From: an uncultured virus (IMG/VR IMGVR_UViG_3300007513_002396)
Lineage: Duplodnaviria; Heunggongvirae; Uroviricota; Caudoviricetes
IMG/VR virus record: IMGVR_UViG_3300007513_002396
Location: 1-64,000 of that record
Direction: 5' to 3' (one strand)
Length of the DNA: 64,000 nt
A program made the translations under genes and the position numbers. The notes below the pieces were generated by a model. The model saw nothing but the letters and a program-made list of their open reading frames with translations. It ran no database searches and was not told the origin of the DNA. Below are positions 46,753 through 56,098 of the stretch, piece after piece (positions within the stretch are counted from its first letter, which is position 1; every line of letters begins with the position of its first letter).

Positions 46753-47904
46753 ATGGAGGTTGTCATAAGAGGACCGCTTTTAAGCGTCACTGGTTACGGC
46801 GTACACACGCGCCAACTATTTTCGTGGGCTCAGTCTCGTGGTATGAACGTACATGCAAGTATTGTACCCTGGGGTATTTGTACGTACTATGTGAATCCCG
46901 AAGCACTAAATGGATTGATTGGTGAAATTATGAGTAAAACAACGCCAGTCGAAAATGCTGATCTCTCATTCCAGGTTCAGTTGCCAGATGAATGGGACCC
47001 TACACTAGCGAAAACGAATATTGGTGTCACTGCGGGTGTCGAGGCAGATATCTGTTCGCAGACATGGGTTGAGGCATGTAAGAAAATGCATAAAGTAATA
47101 GTCCCAAGCACATTTACTAAAAAAACCTTTGTTAGAAGCGGGGTCCCTGAAGACAAAATTTGGGTGATTCCAGAAGCGCATAGCGTAAAAGATGACACTT
47201 CCCTTATACTCGATGCGCAGTTAAGCGGTCTTCCAACTAGCTTTAATTTTTTAATGTTTGGGCAGTTAACAGGCCACACTCCGGAAACAGATAGAAAAAA
47301 TACGTTTTACGCGCTCCGTTGGCTTTCAGAACTGTTTAAGGACGACAAAGATGTTGGGATAATAGTAAAAACGAACCTGGGTCGGTTCACTACAAAAGAT
47401 AGAGAGCATGCCAGAATCCTTTTTGAGGGTCTAGTAAACGAAATTAGGGTAGGCGATTACCCAAGGTTTTATCTTGCTCATGGAATGCTAGACGAAACTG
47501 AGATATCAACCCTGTATAGAAACAAAACAGTGAAGGCTTTGATTGCGCCCACCAGAGGCGAGGGCTGGGGGTTACCTATTCTAGACGCTGCATGTGCTGG
47601 GTTACCAATCATTACCACTGATTACTCTGGCCATTTAGACTTTTTAGAAAGTGTAAAATTTCTATCACTAGACTATACTCTTGTTCCAGTTCCGCCTTCT
47701 AGATGCGATGGAAGAGTGTGGATCGAGGGATCGAAGTGGGCAGACGTGAAAGAGTCCTCGTTTAAGTCTCGTGTAAAGAAATTTAGGAAGGGCTCTACTT
47801 TACCCGAAGAGTGGGCTAAGTCAGCTGCCCCGAAATTACAAAAAGAATACTCACTAAATGCCGTATCAATGGAATATGACAAATTCATGGAGAAGTGCTT
47901 TTGA
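46753..47904 (+). CDS. GT4 glycosyltransferase
   Basis: TGYG, DRKN, TRGEGWGLPILDA, YSGHLDF. Confidence 0.88.
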   Translation: MEVVIRGPLLSVTGYGVHTRQLFSWAQSRGMNVHASIVPWGICTYYVNPEALNGLIGEIMSKTTPVENADLSFQVQLPDEWDPTLAKTNIGVTAGVEADICSQTWVEACKKMHKVIVPSTFTKKTFVRSGVPEDKIWVIPEAHSVKDDTSLILDAQLSGLPTSFNFLMFGQLTGHTPETDRKNTFYALRWLSELFKDDKDVGIIVKTNLGRFTTKDREHARILFEGLVNEIRVGDYPRFYLAHGMLDETEISTLYRNKTVKALIAPTRGEGWGLPILDAACAGLPIITTDYSGHLDFLESVKFLSLDYTLVPVPPSRCDGRVWIEGSKWADVKESSFKSRVKKFRKGSTLPEEWAKSAAPKLQKEYSLNAVSMEYDKFMEKCF

Positions 47905-48233
47905 CTGGGGTAGAGATAATATTGGCATGTAGCTTATTCATTATGACCGTGATTGCAGGAATTGCGATATATTTTGCTGTAAAATTTGGTGTTTTGATTT
48001 TGAGTATTGAAGATGCTATTGAGGAGAGTCTTGATGTGTTAGATGAAAGATACATGTCTATTAGCGAGGTCATTGAGATTCCGCTATTTTCAGACAGCCC
48101 GCAGATTCGACAAGTTCATTTTGATTTGCGACGATCAAGAGAAGCCATTCTTTCAATCGCGCATATACTAGTTGACGATTTTAATAGATTAGAGGATATT
48201 GAGGATGGCGAAGACCAGAAAAAAAATACGTAG
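47895..48233 (+). CDS. Small membrane protein
   Basis: N-terminal TM helix followed by an acidic helix. Confidence 0.65.
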   Translation: MLLTGVEIILACSLFIMTVIAGIAIYFAVKFGVLILSIEDAIEESLDVLDERYMSISEVIEIPLFSDSPQIRQVHFDLRRSREAILSIAHILVDDFNRLEDIEDGEDQKKNT

Positions 48234-48936
48234 AAATCCTGGTAAAAAAAGGAACATGTATTTTAATAAAGATACACAGGCAGCGATTGAAGAATACCAG
48301 CAAGAGGAGTGCCTCGATAAAAGAGAGGTTATTTATCGGGAAAAAATTCTACCTGCATTTGAGCAATTATCAGAGAGCTTAATCTTTGTTTATGGGTTTC
48401 ATTCCCCCTATGACAGCGTGCACGCTCTTAAGTCTGATTGCGTAACCTTTTTATACGAAACGATTTATAAGTGGGACCCCGCAAGAGGAACAAAGGCCTT
48501 CTCTTATTTTAATGTCGTCGCAAAAAATTGGCTTATTATCCGTTGTCGGAACGCGATGAAAGAGAACCGTCGTCACGTATCGATGTCAGACCTCTCAACA
48601 ATGTCTTCTAGAGATAAGCACAAAGTGGCAAACAGCAGTGTCGCTCCATCGCCGCAAGATATTTTAGAGTTGGGAGAGTTACGGGGAAATATCCTGAAGG
48701 TGATTGAAGAGATCGAAAAGCGGGTATCAAAAGATAACGAGAAAATCTGTGTAAGCGCTATACGAACTGTTTTTGAAAACATTGATAACCTTGATTTTTT
48801 GAACAAGCGTGCTATTTACGTTTACGTAAGGGAGATCTCGGGTTTGACTTCGAAGCAGTTATCAGTTGCAATGTCAAAGATACGAAAGCACTACAAGGAT
48901 ATTGTTCATGATTCCCGAATCGTGGATTTATTTTAG
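48205..48936 (+). CDS. Putative phage sigma-factor-like transcription protein
   Basis: Region-2-like KWDPARGTKAFSYFNVVAKNWL; C-terminal HTH-like segment; precedes the baseplate genes. Confidence 0.6.
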   Translation: MAKTRKKIRRNPGKKRNMYFNKDTQAAIEEYQQEECLDKREVIYREKILPAFEQLSESLIFVYGFHSPYDSVHALKSDCVTFLYETIYKWDPARGTKAFSYFNVVAKNWLIIRCRNAMKENRRHVSMSDLSTMSSRDKHKVANSSVAPSPQDILELGELRGNILKVIEEIEKRVSKDNEKICVSAIRTVFENIDNLDFLNKRAIYVYVREISGLTSKQLSVAMSKIRKHYKDIVHDSRIVDLF

Positions 48937-48945
48937 GTAAGCATT

Positions 48946-49314
48946 ATGGCTGACAACATCAAAAGTACACTTCAAAACTTTGAAAAAACAAAAAAGAAAA
49001 TAGCAGACTTTGAAGAGATCCTCACCAAGATTAAGCATGCCGATGCAAAGAAACGTATATTATGGAAAGAGATATATGATAATGCATTAACCGATCGTCA
49101 AAATGCTCATATCTTGTTTGTTGAGGCATACACATGCATGACAAATTCATCTGCGGAACATGTCACCTTGGGTTCTACACTATCGAAATATTTAGAGAGG
49201 ATGGCAAAATCAAACGAGCAATTATTGAAGCTGGCTGACTTAATTTCAAAGTCAGAATCAGAGCATAATTCGATAAACGCTGATGAGCTATTTTCGAAAA
49301 TTCAGGATGAGTGA
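48946..49314 (+). CDS. Hypothetical helical protein
   Basis: LWKEIYDNA..DR...KYLERMAKSNEQLLKLA. Confidence 0.7.
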   Translation: MADNIKSTLQNFEKTKKKIADFEEILTKIKHADAKKRILWKEIYDNALTDRQNAHILFVEAYTCMTNSSAEHVTLGSTLSKYLERMAKSNEQLLKLADLISKSESEHNSINADELFSKIQDE

Positions 49315-51056
49315 TGGCAAAAGGTTCAGGAACTGACGCAGTAGCGAAAATTAATAACCCCACCTCGAGCATTGCAGCAGAGGTGGAAGCAGCCCAAACT
49401 GCAGGTCCAACACAGGTCCTGCAACGCGCCGTGGTGGTTGAAGTGCTATATGATCTCGCTGCATTTACCGAAGATGAATTTACAGAGCTACAAGCGATTG
49501 TTTCGACACCAGACCTTTTAGCTTCCACTCCACGGAACTCTATTATAGCTCGACCAGTTACTGCCGGAGCAGATAAACGAGCGACCGTTGAGAAGGATGA
49601 AGAGAGTGGAGAAGAAAAGGGAGTCGTGGGGGTTCTTTGTTACCCTTTCTTTCCGCCCCATCTGTGTTTTCCAGTTAAGCCCGGAGAACAAGTGTGGCTT
49701 ATATCTGATTCGCCAGATGTAACAGCGGGAGTTCTCTACTGGATGTGTCGTATTCCAGAAGCAGACCATATTGATGGTCTCAATTTCACTCATGGTGATA
49801 GAAAATTTATTGGTTCGACTGGTGAGAAAAGTTCATCTGAAAAAGCCGCTTCCGCACAAGGCGAAGAAGTAGCAGAAGCAGCAGAAGTATTTGGGTTCCC
49901 TAATGGCCCCGGGGTGCAGGATGCGTATTCCTTGAATGGCGAGCTCGCGTATGAAGATGTTGTGAACGCTTCGTTGAGTTATATGTCATTTATTCCAGAA
50001 CCAATTCCTCGCTTTACTAAGAGGCCTGGCGATCTAGTCATTCAAGGCTCAAATAATGCATTGATTTGCCTTGGTCAAGATCGCGGATGGACCCATGATT
50101 CTAGTAATGCTGCTCGACAAACCTCAGACGGAGCAGAGCAGTCAAATGCAACGTTAGAAGACGGTGACACGACTAAGGACGCTGAAATAAGCACGGGGGC
50201 AGTGGATATTGTTGCTGGAAGAGGACGCTACGATTTTCGAGTGCTTGGCGGCGCGGTAGATGATGATCCCGCATTAACATCTTCAAGAACTGTAGAGAAC
50301 GTACCTCCCGATGAGGGTCGGGAGCCTTATCCAGAAACAAACAAAAACCCTGTTGGGAATGACACAGCTGGCGTAAATCGTTTCGACGGTCCCACAGAGG
50401 GAGACCCCGACTTAGAAAATGACGCTGCAAGAGTGTATGTTGCGATGGCAACTGAAGTAGATAAGAACTTCCATATTGATACTCCTGGAGACACCATCCC
50501 GACAGCGATCGATAGCAATGTTAAAGCAGCAGAAGATGAGTCATCTATTGAATATCCCGCTGCTGTGGTCGTAAAGTCCGATGAGGTGAGAATAATAGCC
50601 AGGAAGAAGGACTCGGGGGACCCTGTTAGTGGCGCTCCAGAAATTAATGGTAGCATTAGGCTCATTAAGGAGGGGGACGCCAGTGATGATCTGGCTGCTA
50701 TCTTTATACTTCCTGATGGCACCATTCAAATTAGTGGAAAGCAGATTCTTTTAGGACGTGCTCACGCGGACGGCAGAACAAAGTCTATCTACGCAATGCT
50801 GGATGGCGGTGATCCCATGGGTCCTGATGATGCTGAACCCTGGGTTCGCTTTTCTGATTTAAAGAAATTATTTGGTCAACTTTATGAAGCTTTAGACCAG
50901 TGTTGTCAAACGCTTCAGACAAATATTTGTCCAATCATTGGACCCAACCCTCAAGTTACTGCCGCTGCAACGCAGCTTCAAGCAATGTTGAAAATTCATA
51001 AGACTCGCACACAAGATTTTGACGAGTTAGCATCTACAAGAATTTGGGGAGAATAA
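49311..51056 (+). CDS. Putative baseplate hub/spike (gp5-like) protein
   Basis: CYPFFPPHLCFPVKPGEQVW OB-fold-like motif; RPGDLVIQGSNN; lies before the gp25-like gene. Confidence 0.6.
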   Translation: MMAKGSGTDAVAKINNPTSSIAAEVEAAQTAGPTQVLQRAVVVEVLYDLAAFTEDEFTELQAIVSTPDLLASTPRNSIIARPVTAGADKRATVEKDEESGEEKGVVGVLCYPFFPPHLCFPVKPGEQVWLISDSPDVTAGVLYWMCRIPEADHIDGLNFTHGDRKFIGSTGEKSSSEKAASAQGEEVAEAAEVFGFPNGPGVQDAYSLNGELAYEDVVNASLSYMSFIPEPIPRFTKRPGDLVIQGSNNALICLGQDRGWTHDSSNAARQTSDGAEQSNATLEDGDTTKDAEISTGAVDIVAGRGRYDFRVLGGAVDDDPALTSSRTVENVPPDEGREPYPETNKNPVGNDTAGVNRFDGPTEGDPDLENDAARVYVAMATEVDKNFHIDTPGDTIPTAIDSNVKAAEDESSIEYPAAVVVKSDEVRIIARKKDSGDPVSGAPEINGSIRLIKEGDASDDLAAIFILPDGTIQISGKQILLGRAHADGRTKSIYAMLDGGDPMGPDDAEPWVRFSDLKKLFGQLYEALDQCCQTLQTNICPIIGPNPQVTAAATQLQAMLKIHKTRTQDFDELASTRIWGE

Positions 51057-51059
51057 CCG

Positions 51060-52139
51060 ATGGCTGAGAAATTTACGTTTGGGCTTGAGTCAGAAGCAGC
51101 CGATGCGACAGTCAAATTAATACAAATAGACACGCTCGGAATCAGAGTGACTGCTGCAAACCTCGCCGCAGTTGCTGCCGCCATGGCCCTCGCCGCAGCC
51201 GAAGCCGCTATGGCAGCAGCTGAAGATGAGTTGGCTCTTGCCGAAGCAGCTGAGGCCGCAGCCCTCGCGGCACTGGCGGGCGGTGCTGAAACACCCGCCG
51301 GCCTTCTTCGAGCTTTGCCCCTTCCATTCGGGTCAATTATTCCCGAGCCTCCCGAGATAGCCTTACCGACGCTTAGCGGAAGCGGCCCTGATGTAGAGGG
51401 AGATACAGAGACTGTTGAGATGTTTGCCGCCCTAACAGAGATGAGCGGAATTCAAAAAGAGATGGGTGATGCTGTATTCGCAACACTAGACCCAATCCTC
51501 CAAGGGCTTGAGGGCGATCTTACGTACGCTGTAGCTGATACCGCAATTTTCGCTGCAGGTATAACCGACGAGCCCCATGATACCCGTCCACCGCTTCCTG
51601 TATCAGAGGTGGTGCCAAGCATGGCCCGAATGCAATTATTTGACGAGTTTGTATACGCTCTCCGCCGCGCAACCATGGCCGCCGGAACTGAAGACCCCGA
51701 AGCTCCTGGAAAAATTCTTTGTGCATATATGGCATTAGCGGTTGAGAAATTTGTACGTAGAGCAGTTATTCGGGTGTCATTACCAGATGACAAAATTATA
51801 TCATTAACCGCTGATCTTAATACCTTCGGGACAAACACAGCTGCAAAATCTGCTGAGAACATTACGTTATTCGGTAATCCAAGCTTAACAGAGTGCGACT
51901 ATAATGGTACCAGCGGCGAACTTGGTTCATACGATCTACAGTCTGCAGATATGTTACTTGGATTTAACATCGTTCCGCAGCTCACATTTTATGGTGGTAT
52001 CGATACACTAAAGGACTACGGGTATAATTTCGATGCTGGAAATAGTGATCCGCTGTATCGAGCGGAGGGAGGGGAGGTACCCTTGGTGAATCTTCAAGCT
52101 ATCCTGATGGGCCTTAAAAACGGAATAAACTTTATCTAG
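51060..52139 (+). CDS. Hypothetical baseplate-region protein with Ala-rich helix
   Basis: Poly-Ala segment; context. Confidence 0.6.
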   Translation: MAEKFTFGLESEAADATVKLIQIDTLGIRVTAANLAAVAAAMALAAAEAAMAAAEDELALAEAAEAAALAALAGGAETPAGLLRALPLPFGSIIPEPPEIALPTLSGSGPDVEGDTETVEMFAALTEMSGIQKEMGDAVFATLDPILQGLEGDLTYAVADTAIFAAGITDEPHDTRPPLPVSEVVPSMARMQLFDEFVYALRRATMAAGTEDPEAPGKILCAYMALAVEKFVRRAVIRVSLPDDKIISLTADLNTFGTNTAAKSAENITLFGNPSLTECDYNGTSGELGSYDLQSADMLLGFNIVPQLTFYGGIDTLKDYGYNFDAGNSDPLYRAEGGEVPLVNLQAILMGLKNGINFI

Positions 52140-52161
52140 ATGAGGGAATTTATCGGGGTAG

Positions 52162-52168
52162 ATAATTA
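52162..52168 (+). promoter_or_regulatory. ATANTTA motif heading the baseplate wedge operon
   Basis: ATAATTA 15 nt before ATG 52184, SD AGGAG. Confidence 0.45.
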
Positions 52169-52183
52169 ACGTCAGGAGTCGAC

Positions 52184-52690
52184 ATGGCAATAGTCCCAAT
52201 TGGTAATAGAAAAGTTTATTCTTTCAAGTCTGTAGGGCAAGATGCTGCTGAAAGAAAAAAGTTTAGAGCGGAGCAGATTAGCGCTAGAAATAAGACGGCT
52301 TTTGGTATAAAGACTCCAGTACAATTATCAACTGGAGGTACTGAATTTCTTAAGATGAATTATTCTATGGCAGATCAAGTTTCCGATAATTTTAGAAACT
52401 TGATTTTGACAAATCATGGAGAGCGGTTGGGGTTTCCAGATTTCGGGGCAAATCTCATGGAATTGGCATTCGAGTTACAGAGCGAAGACGGCCAACAGGA
52501 AGCTGTTCACCGTATTAGCAAAGCAGCTGGAAAGTATATGCCCTATTTAATACCCAATACTTTTGAAGCGATTGTTGATCATTTTGATAATCAGACGGTT
52601 GCGAAAGTCGGCCTTAGGATAAGTTACGATATTCCGAAACTAAAGGTAAGTAATAGAATTTTAGAAGTGATCATCTACACTGCGAGTTAA
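52184..52690 (+). CDS. Baseplate wedge/sheath initiator, gp25-like
   Basis: DNFRNLILTNHGERLGFPDFGANL..L.FE. Confidence 0.88.
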   Translation: MAIVPIGNRKVYSFKSVGQDAAERKKFRAEQISARNKTAFGIKTPVQLSTGGTEFLKMNYSMADQVSDNFRNLILTNHGERLGFPDFGANLMELAFELQSEDGQQEAVHRISKAAGKYMPYLIPNTFEAIVDHFDNQTVAKVGLRISYDIPKLKVSNRILEVIIYTAS

Positions 52691-52696
52691 TAAAAA

Positions 52697-54541
52697 ATGG
52701 CAAATGATATAAAGAAGCAATTAAAGAAAGAGCTACAACGAAATTATCTCGCAAAAGATTTTACGGGTTTTAGGAGTGACTTATTGAGTCATGCTAGGGT
52801 GTATTTCCCTGACAAAATAAAAGACTTCACAGAAGCTAGTCTTGGGGGTATGCTTTTAGATATGGCAGCATTCGTGGGAGACTCGATGTCTTTCTATTTA
52901 GACCACCAATTTAATGAGCTAAATTGGTCCACTGCTATTGAAGCTAAAAATGTTAAGAAGCATCTACGAAATGCTGGTGTAAAGGTTCGAGGAGCAGCTC
53001 CCTCCATTGCAGAGGTAAGGTTTTATTTTGAGATACCAGCAAAGCTATCTGGGACCGAGTACGGTCCAGACTCTTCTCTTTTGCCCAAGGTGGGTCGAGG
53101 CACTAAGTTAGCTTCTGCTAAAGGGGTTCCATTTTCGTTGATAGACGATCTAGACTTTACTGAGAAAGACTTATTGGGAAACTACCTTTATGATGCGATA
53201 CTTGTTGAAGTTGATGATGCTGGAGATCCATCCAGCTATGTTGTTAGCATGATCGGAATATGTCTATCTGGTGAAGAAAAGACTGAGTCAATAAAGATCC
53301 CCAATTTGCACAAGCCCTTTCGTACGTTGACATTAGCCGCTGAAAATATCACAGACATCATAAGCGTAAAGGACAGCGAAGATAATGAATATTACGAGGT
53401 AGATAATCTTACACAAGATACTGTGTTTCAGGCTGTGCTTAATACGACTGAAGACGCTGAGCAGGTGCCTAATAATATTGAAATAATCCCAGCTCCCTAC
53501 CGCTTTCTTACAATCTATGATTACAATACAAAATTAACGAAACTTCGATTTGGTGGTGGTGATGCTCAGACTCTTGATAACGACATTGTTCCTGATCCAG
53601 CCGATTTAGCATTGCCAATGTACGGAAAAACTGTAATGAGTAGATTTTCCATTGATCCTGGCTCGTTATTACAAACACAAACTCTTGGAATAGCACCTAG
53701 AAATACAACTCTAAAAATAACATATCGCTACGGTGGAGGGCTAAATCATAACGTGGCTGCCAATACAATCAAGACGGTAGACACACTATATCTCACATTC
53801 CCCAGCGTCGCAAACGCGACAGGAGCCAATAATGTTAGGGGCTCGGTAGATATTTTGAACGAAGATCCCGCCTCAGGTGCAGATAATGCTCCAACTCTTG
53901 AAGAGCTTCGTGCACAGATTCCAGCGGCGCGTCAAGCCCAGAATAGAATCATTACCAAACCCGATTTGGTTTCAAGAATTTATACCTTGCCCAACAAGTT
54001 TGGGAGAGTGTATCGTGTAGGTGTACAGCCAAACCCTATAAATTCTTTAGCGTCTCAAATATTCGTTATTTCAAGAGACAAAAACAAAAAGCTTGGACTA
54101 ACACCTGATACGCTTAAGAAAAACATGAGAAAATACCTTAATGAATTTCGTGCTGTTAGCGATGCATTTGATATTTTAGATGCTCAGATTATTAATTTTG
54201 CTCTTGATTTTGTGATTGTAGCTCATCCGGCATCTAATAAGACACAGGTTGCGCAAAAAGCAATCCAAGCTTTGGCGAAGATTTTAGACACGAAGAATTT
54301 TCAGATCGATATGCCTATTGCGCTTTCAGACATAACAAACACAATCTTAAATACTGACGGGGTAATTTCTTTGGTGGCACTGGAACTTTCAAATAAGACG
54401 GGTACAATCGAAGATCGCGTCTATAGCGATGTTTCATTCAACCCTCAGGCAAACACATACCAACAGATGGTGATTGGCCCCGCTGGGTCAATCTTTGAAT
54501 TGAAGTTTCCAAAATCTGATATAACAGTTTCGGTAAGGTGA
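52697..54541 (+). CDS. Baseplate wedge protein, gp6/Baseplate-J-like
   Basis: YLAKDF, DFTEASLGGMLLDMAAFVGD..SFYLD, LRFGGG, YRYGGG, SGAD, QNRIIT..D. Confidence 0.88.
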   Translation: MANDIKKQLKKELQRNYLAKDFTGFRSDLLSHARVYFPDKIKDFTEASLGGMLLDMAAFVGDSMSFYLDHQFNELNWSTAIEAKNVKKHLRNAGVKVRGAAPSIAEVRFYFEIPAKLSGTEYGPDSSLLPKVGRGTKLASAKGVPFSLIDDLDFTEKDLLGNYLYDAILVEVDDAGDPSSYVVSMIGICLSGEEKTESIKIPNLHKPFRTLTLAAENITDIISVKDSEDNEYYEVDNLTQDTVFQAVLNTTEDAEQVPNNIEIIPAPYRFLTIYDYNTKLTKLRFGGGDAQTLDNDIVPDPADLALPMYGKTVMSRFSIDPGSLLQTQTLGIAPRNTTLKITYRYGGGLNHNVAANTIKTVDTLYLTFPSVANATGANNVRGSVDILNEDPASGADNAPTLEELRAQIPAARQAQNRIITKPDLVSRIYTLPNKFGRVYRVGVQPNPINSLASQIFVISRDKNKKLGLTPDTLKKNMRKYLNEFRAVSDAFDILDAQIINFALDFVIVAHPASNKTQVAQKAIQALAKILDTKNFQIDMPIALSDITNTILNTDGVISLVALELSNKTGTIEDRVYSDVSFNPQANTYQQMVIGPAGSIFELKFPKSDITVSVR

Positions 54542-54547
54542 TTAAGA

Positions 54548-56098
54548 ATGTTTTACATCGTAACAGCTAGTTCAGACACTTATATTACAAACAAGATTAT
54601 AGACAATAACTTTAGAGCGACCGACGCTAACGTAGGAAGAGCCGCAACGTTAGACCTCTTTAAACTATACGACGAGTCGGTCTATACATCGGGATCTACG
54701 AGGGTTACTTCATCTGTCAGCGAGCTATCGAGAATATTAGTTAAATTTAATTACGACACAATCCAGACACTAGCAAGCTCATCGCTAGATTTTACTCATT
54801 CGAGTTTCAAGGCAGTACTGGAATTAAATGAAATACAAACTGGTGCTCCGGTTCCACGAGATTTCTGGGTCGTTTCTTATCCGCTAGCGCAGCAGTTCAA
54901 TGAAGGCTCCGGCCGGGATACATCACGCTTTACTGACGTCGACGCTGCAAACTACACAACTGCCTCATATTCATCTGGGACACCTGTATTATGGAACACG
55001 AGCGGGTCTAACAAAGGTGGATACCTGGGAGACTCTGGGGTCGATTTTATTCTTAGCGGTGCCATTGGATCGTCAGTGGTTGATTTTGGAGCCTCTCAAT
55101 ATTTTAAAGAAGGTCCTGGGAAGATCTCTCTTGATGTCACGAATGTAGTGTCTTGTTCACTAGCCAGCTCAATTCCTAATTTCGGTTTCAGGATAACTTT
55201 TAGTGGCTCGTATGACACTGATACAAAGACACGGTTTGCTAAACGTTTTGCATCTAGACATGTAAGAAATAAGTTGCTATCTCCACGTCTTCTCATTACG
55301 TGGAATAATACGATGAAAGATTCACACCTTAATTTCGTATTTAACTCATCTGCTAGTTTATTTTTACGAAATACCATTGGTGGCACGTCAACCAACCTAA
55401 GGTCTGGTTCGGCATTGACTGAGCTGAGTGGTGAAGACTGCATTTTATTAACGCTGGTCAGCGGCTCGGGTGCTACTGCTTCGTATACATTTATTACTGC
55501 ATCTCAGCATACTGGCTCCGCCACAAGCGCCGGTATGCCGGGAGTGTACTCTGCTTCATTCGCGTTGAACCAATTTGATTCATCATTTTTTAAGACGATG
55601 AAAGGTAATAATGAACTTACATTTACTGAAATATGGTCATCGCTTGATCGTACTATCGGATATATGACGGGATCGTTAACCGTTAAAAAAACAGCTGTGG
55701 CATCTAACGCGTTTGTGAATAGAAAGCTTTTATTCACCGCGACCAATGCATTGCCTGAGTATAAGCAATATTCTCGTGTTACGATGAGGTTATTTGTAGA
55801 AGATGTTGAAGCGCAACGTAAGACAAAGGCGTACAAGCTTCCTCGAGAACTTGAAACGATAATTGTTGACAAAGTGTATTACAGGATTCGTGATATCGAG
55901 TCTGGCACCATTATGGTTCCCTTCGATGAGATACGTGATTCCACCAGAGTAGCTGTTGATTCTGCCGGGATGTATATAGACTTTCGTACTTCTGGATTGC
56001 CCCACAACAGAAATTACACTATTGACCTACTCGTAAAAGATAGAAACATCTCTGAAATTGTTGAGCTTAATAACGTATCATTTATGGTTGTTTCTTAA
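54548..56098 (+). CDS. Virion structural protein (baseplate region)
   Basis: SRILVKF, FNEGSG, PRLLITW; Ser-rich; coupled to neighbours. Confidence 0.7.
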   Translation: MFYIVTASSDTYITNKIIDNNFRATDANVGRAATLDLFKLYDESVYTSGSTRVTSSVSELSRILVKFNYDTIQTLASSSLDFTHSSFKAVLELNEIQTGAPVPRDFWVVSYPLAQQFNEGSGRDTSRFTDVDAANYTTASYSSGTPVLWNTSGSNKGGYLGDSGVDFILSGAIGSSVVDFGASQYFKEGPGKISLDVTNVVSCSLASSIPNFGFRITFSGSYDTDTKTRFAKRFASRHVRNKLLSPRLLITWNNTMKDSHLNFVFNSSASLFLRNTIGGTSTNLRSGSALTELSGEDCILLTLVSGSGATASYTFITASQHTGSATSAGMPGVYSASFALNQFDSSFFKTMKGNNELTFTEIWSSLDRTIGYMTGSLTVKKTAVASNAFVNRKLLFTATNALPEYKQYSRVTMRLFVEDVEAQRKTKAYKLPRELETIIVDKVYYRIRDIESGTIMVPFDEIRDSTRVAVDSAGMYIDFRTSGLPHNRNYTIDLLVKDRNISEIVELNNVSFMVVS

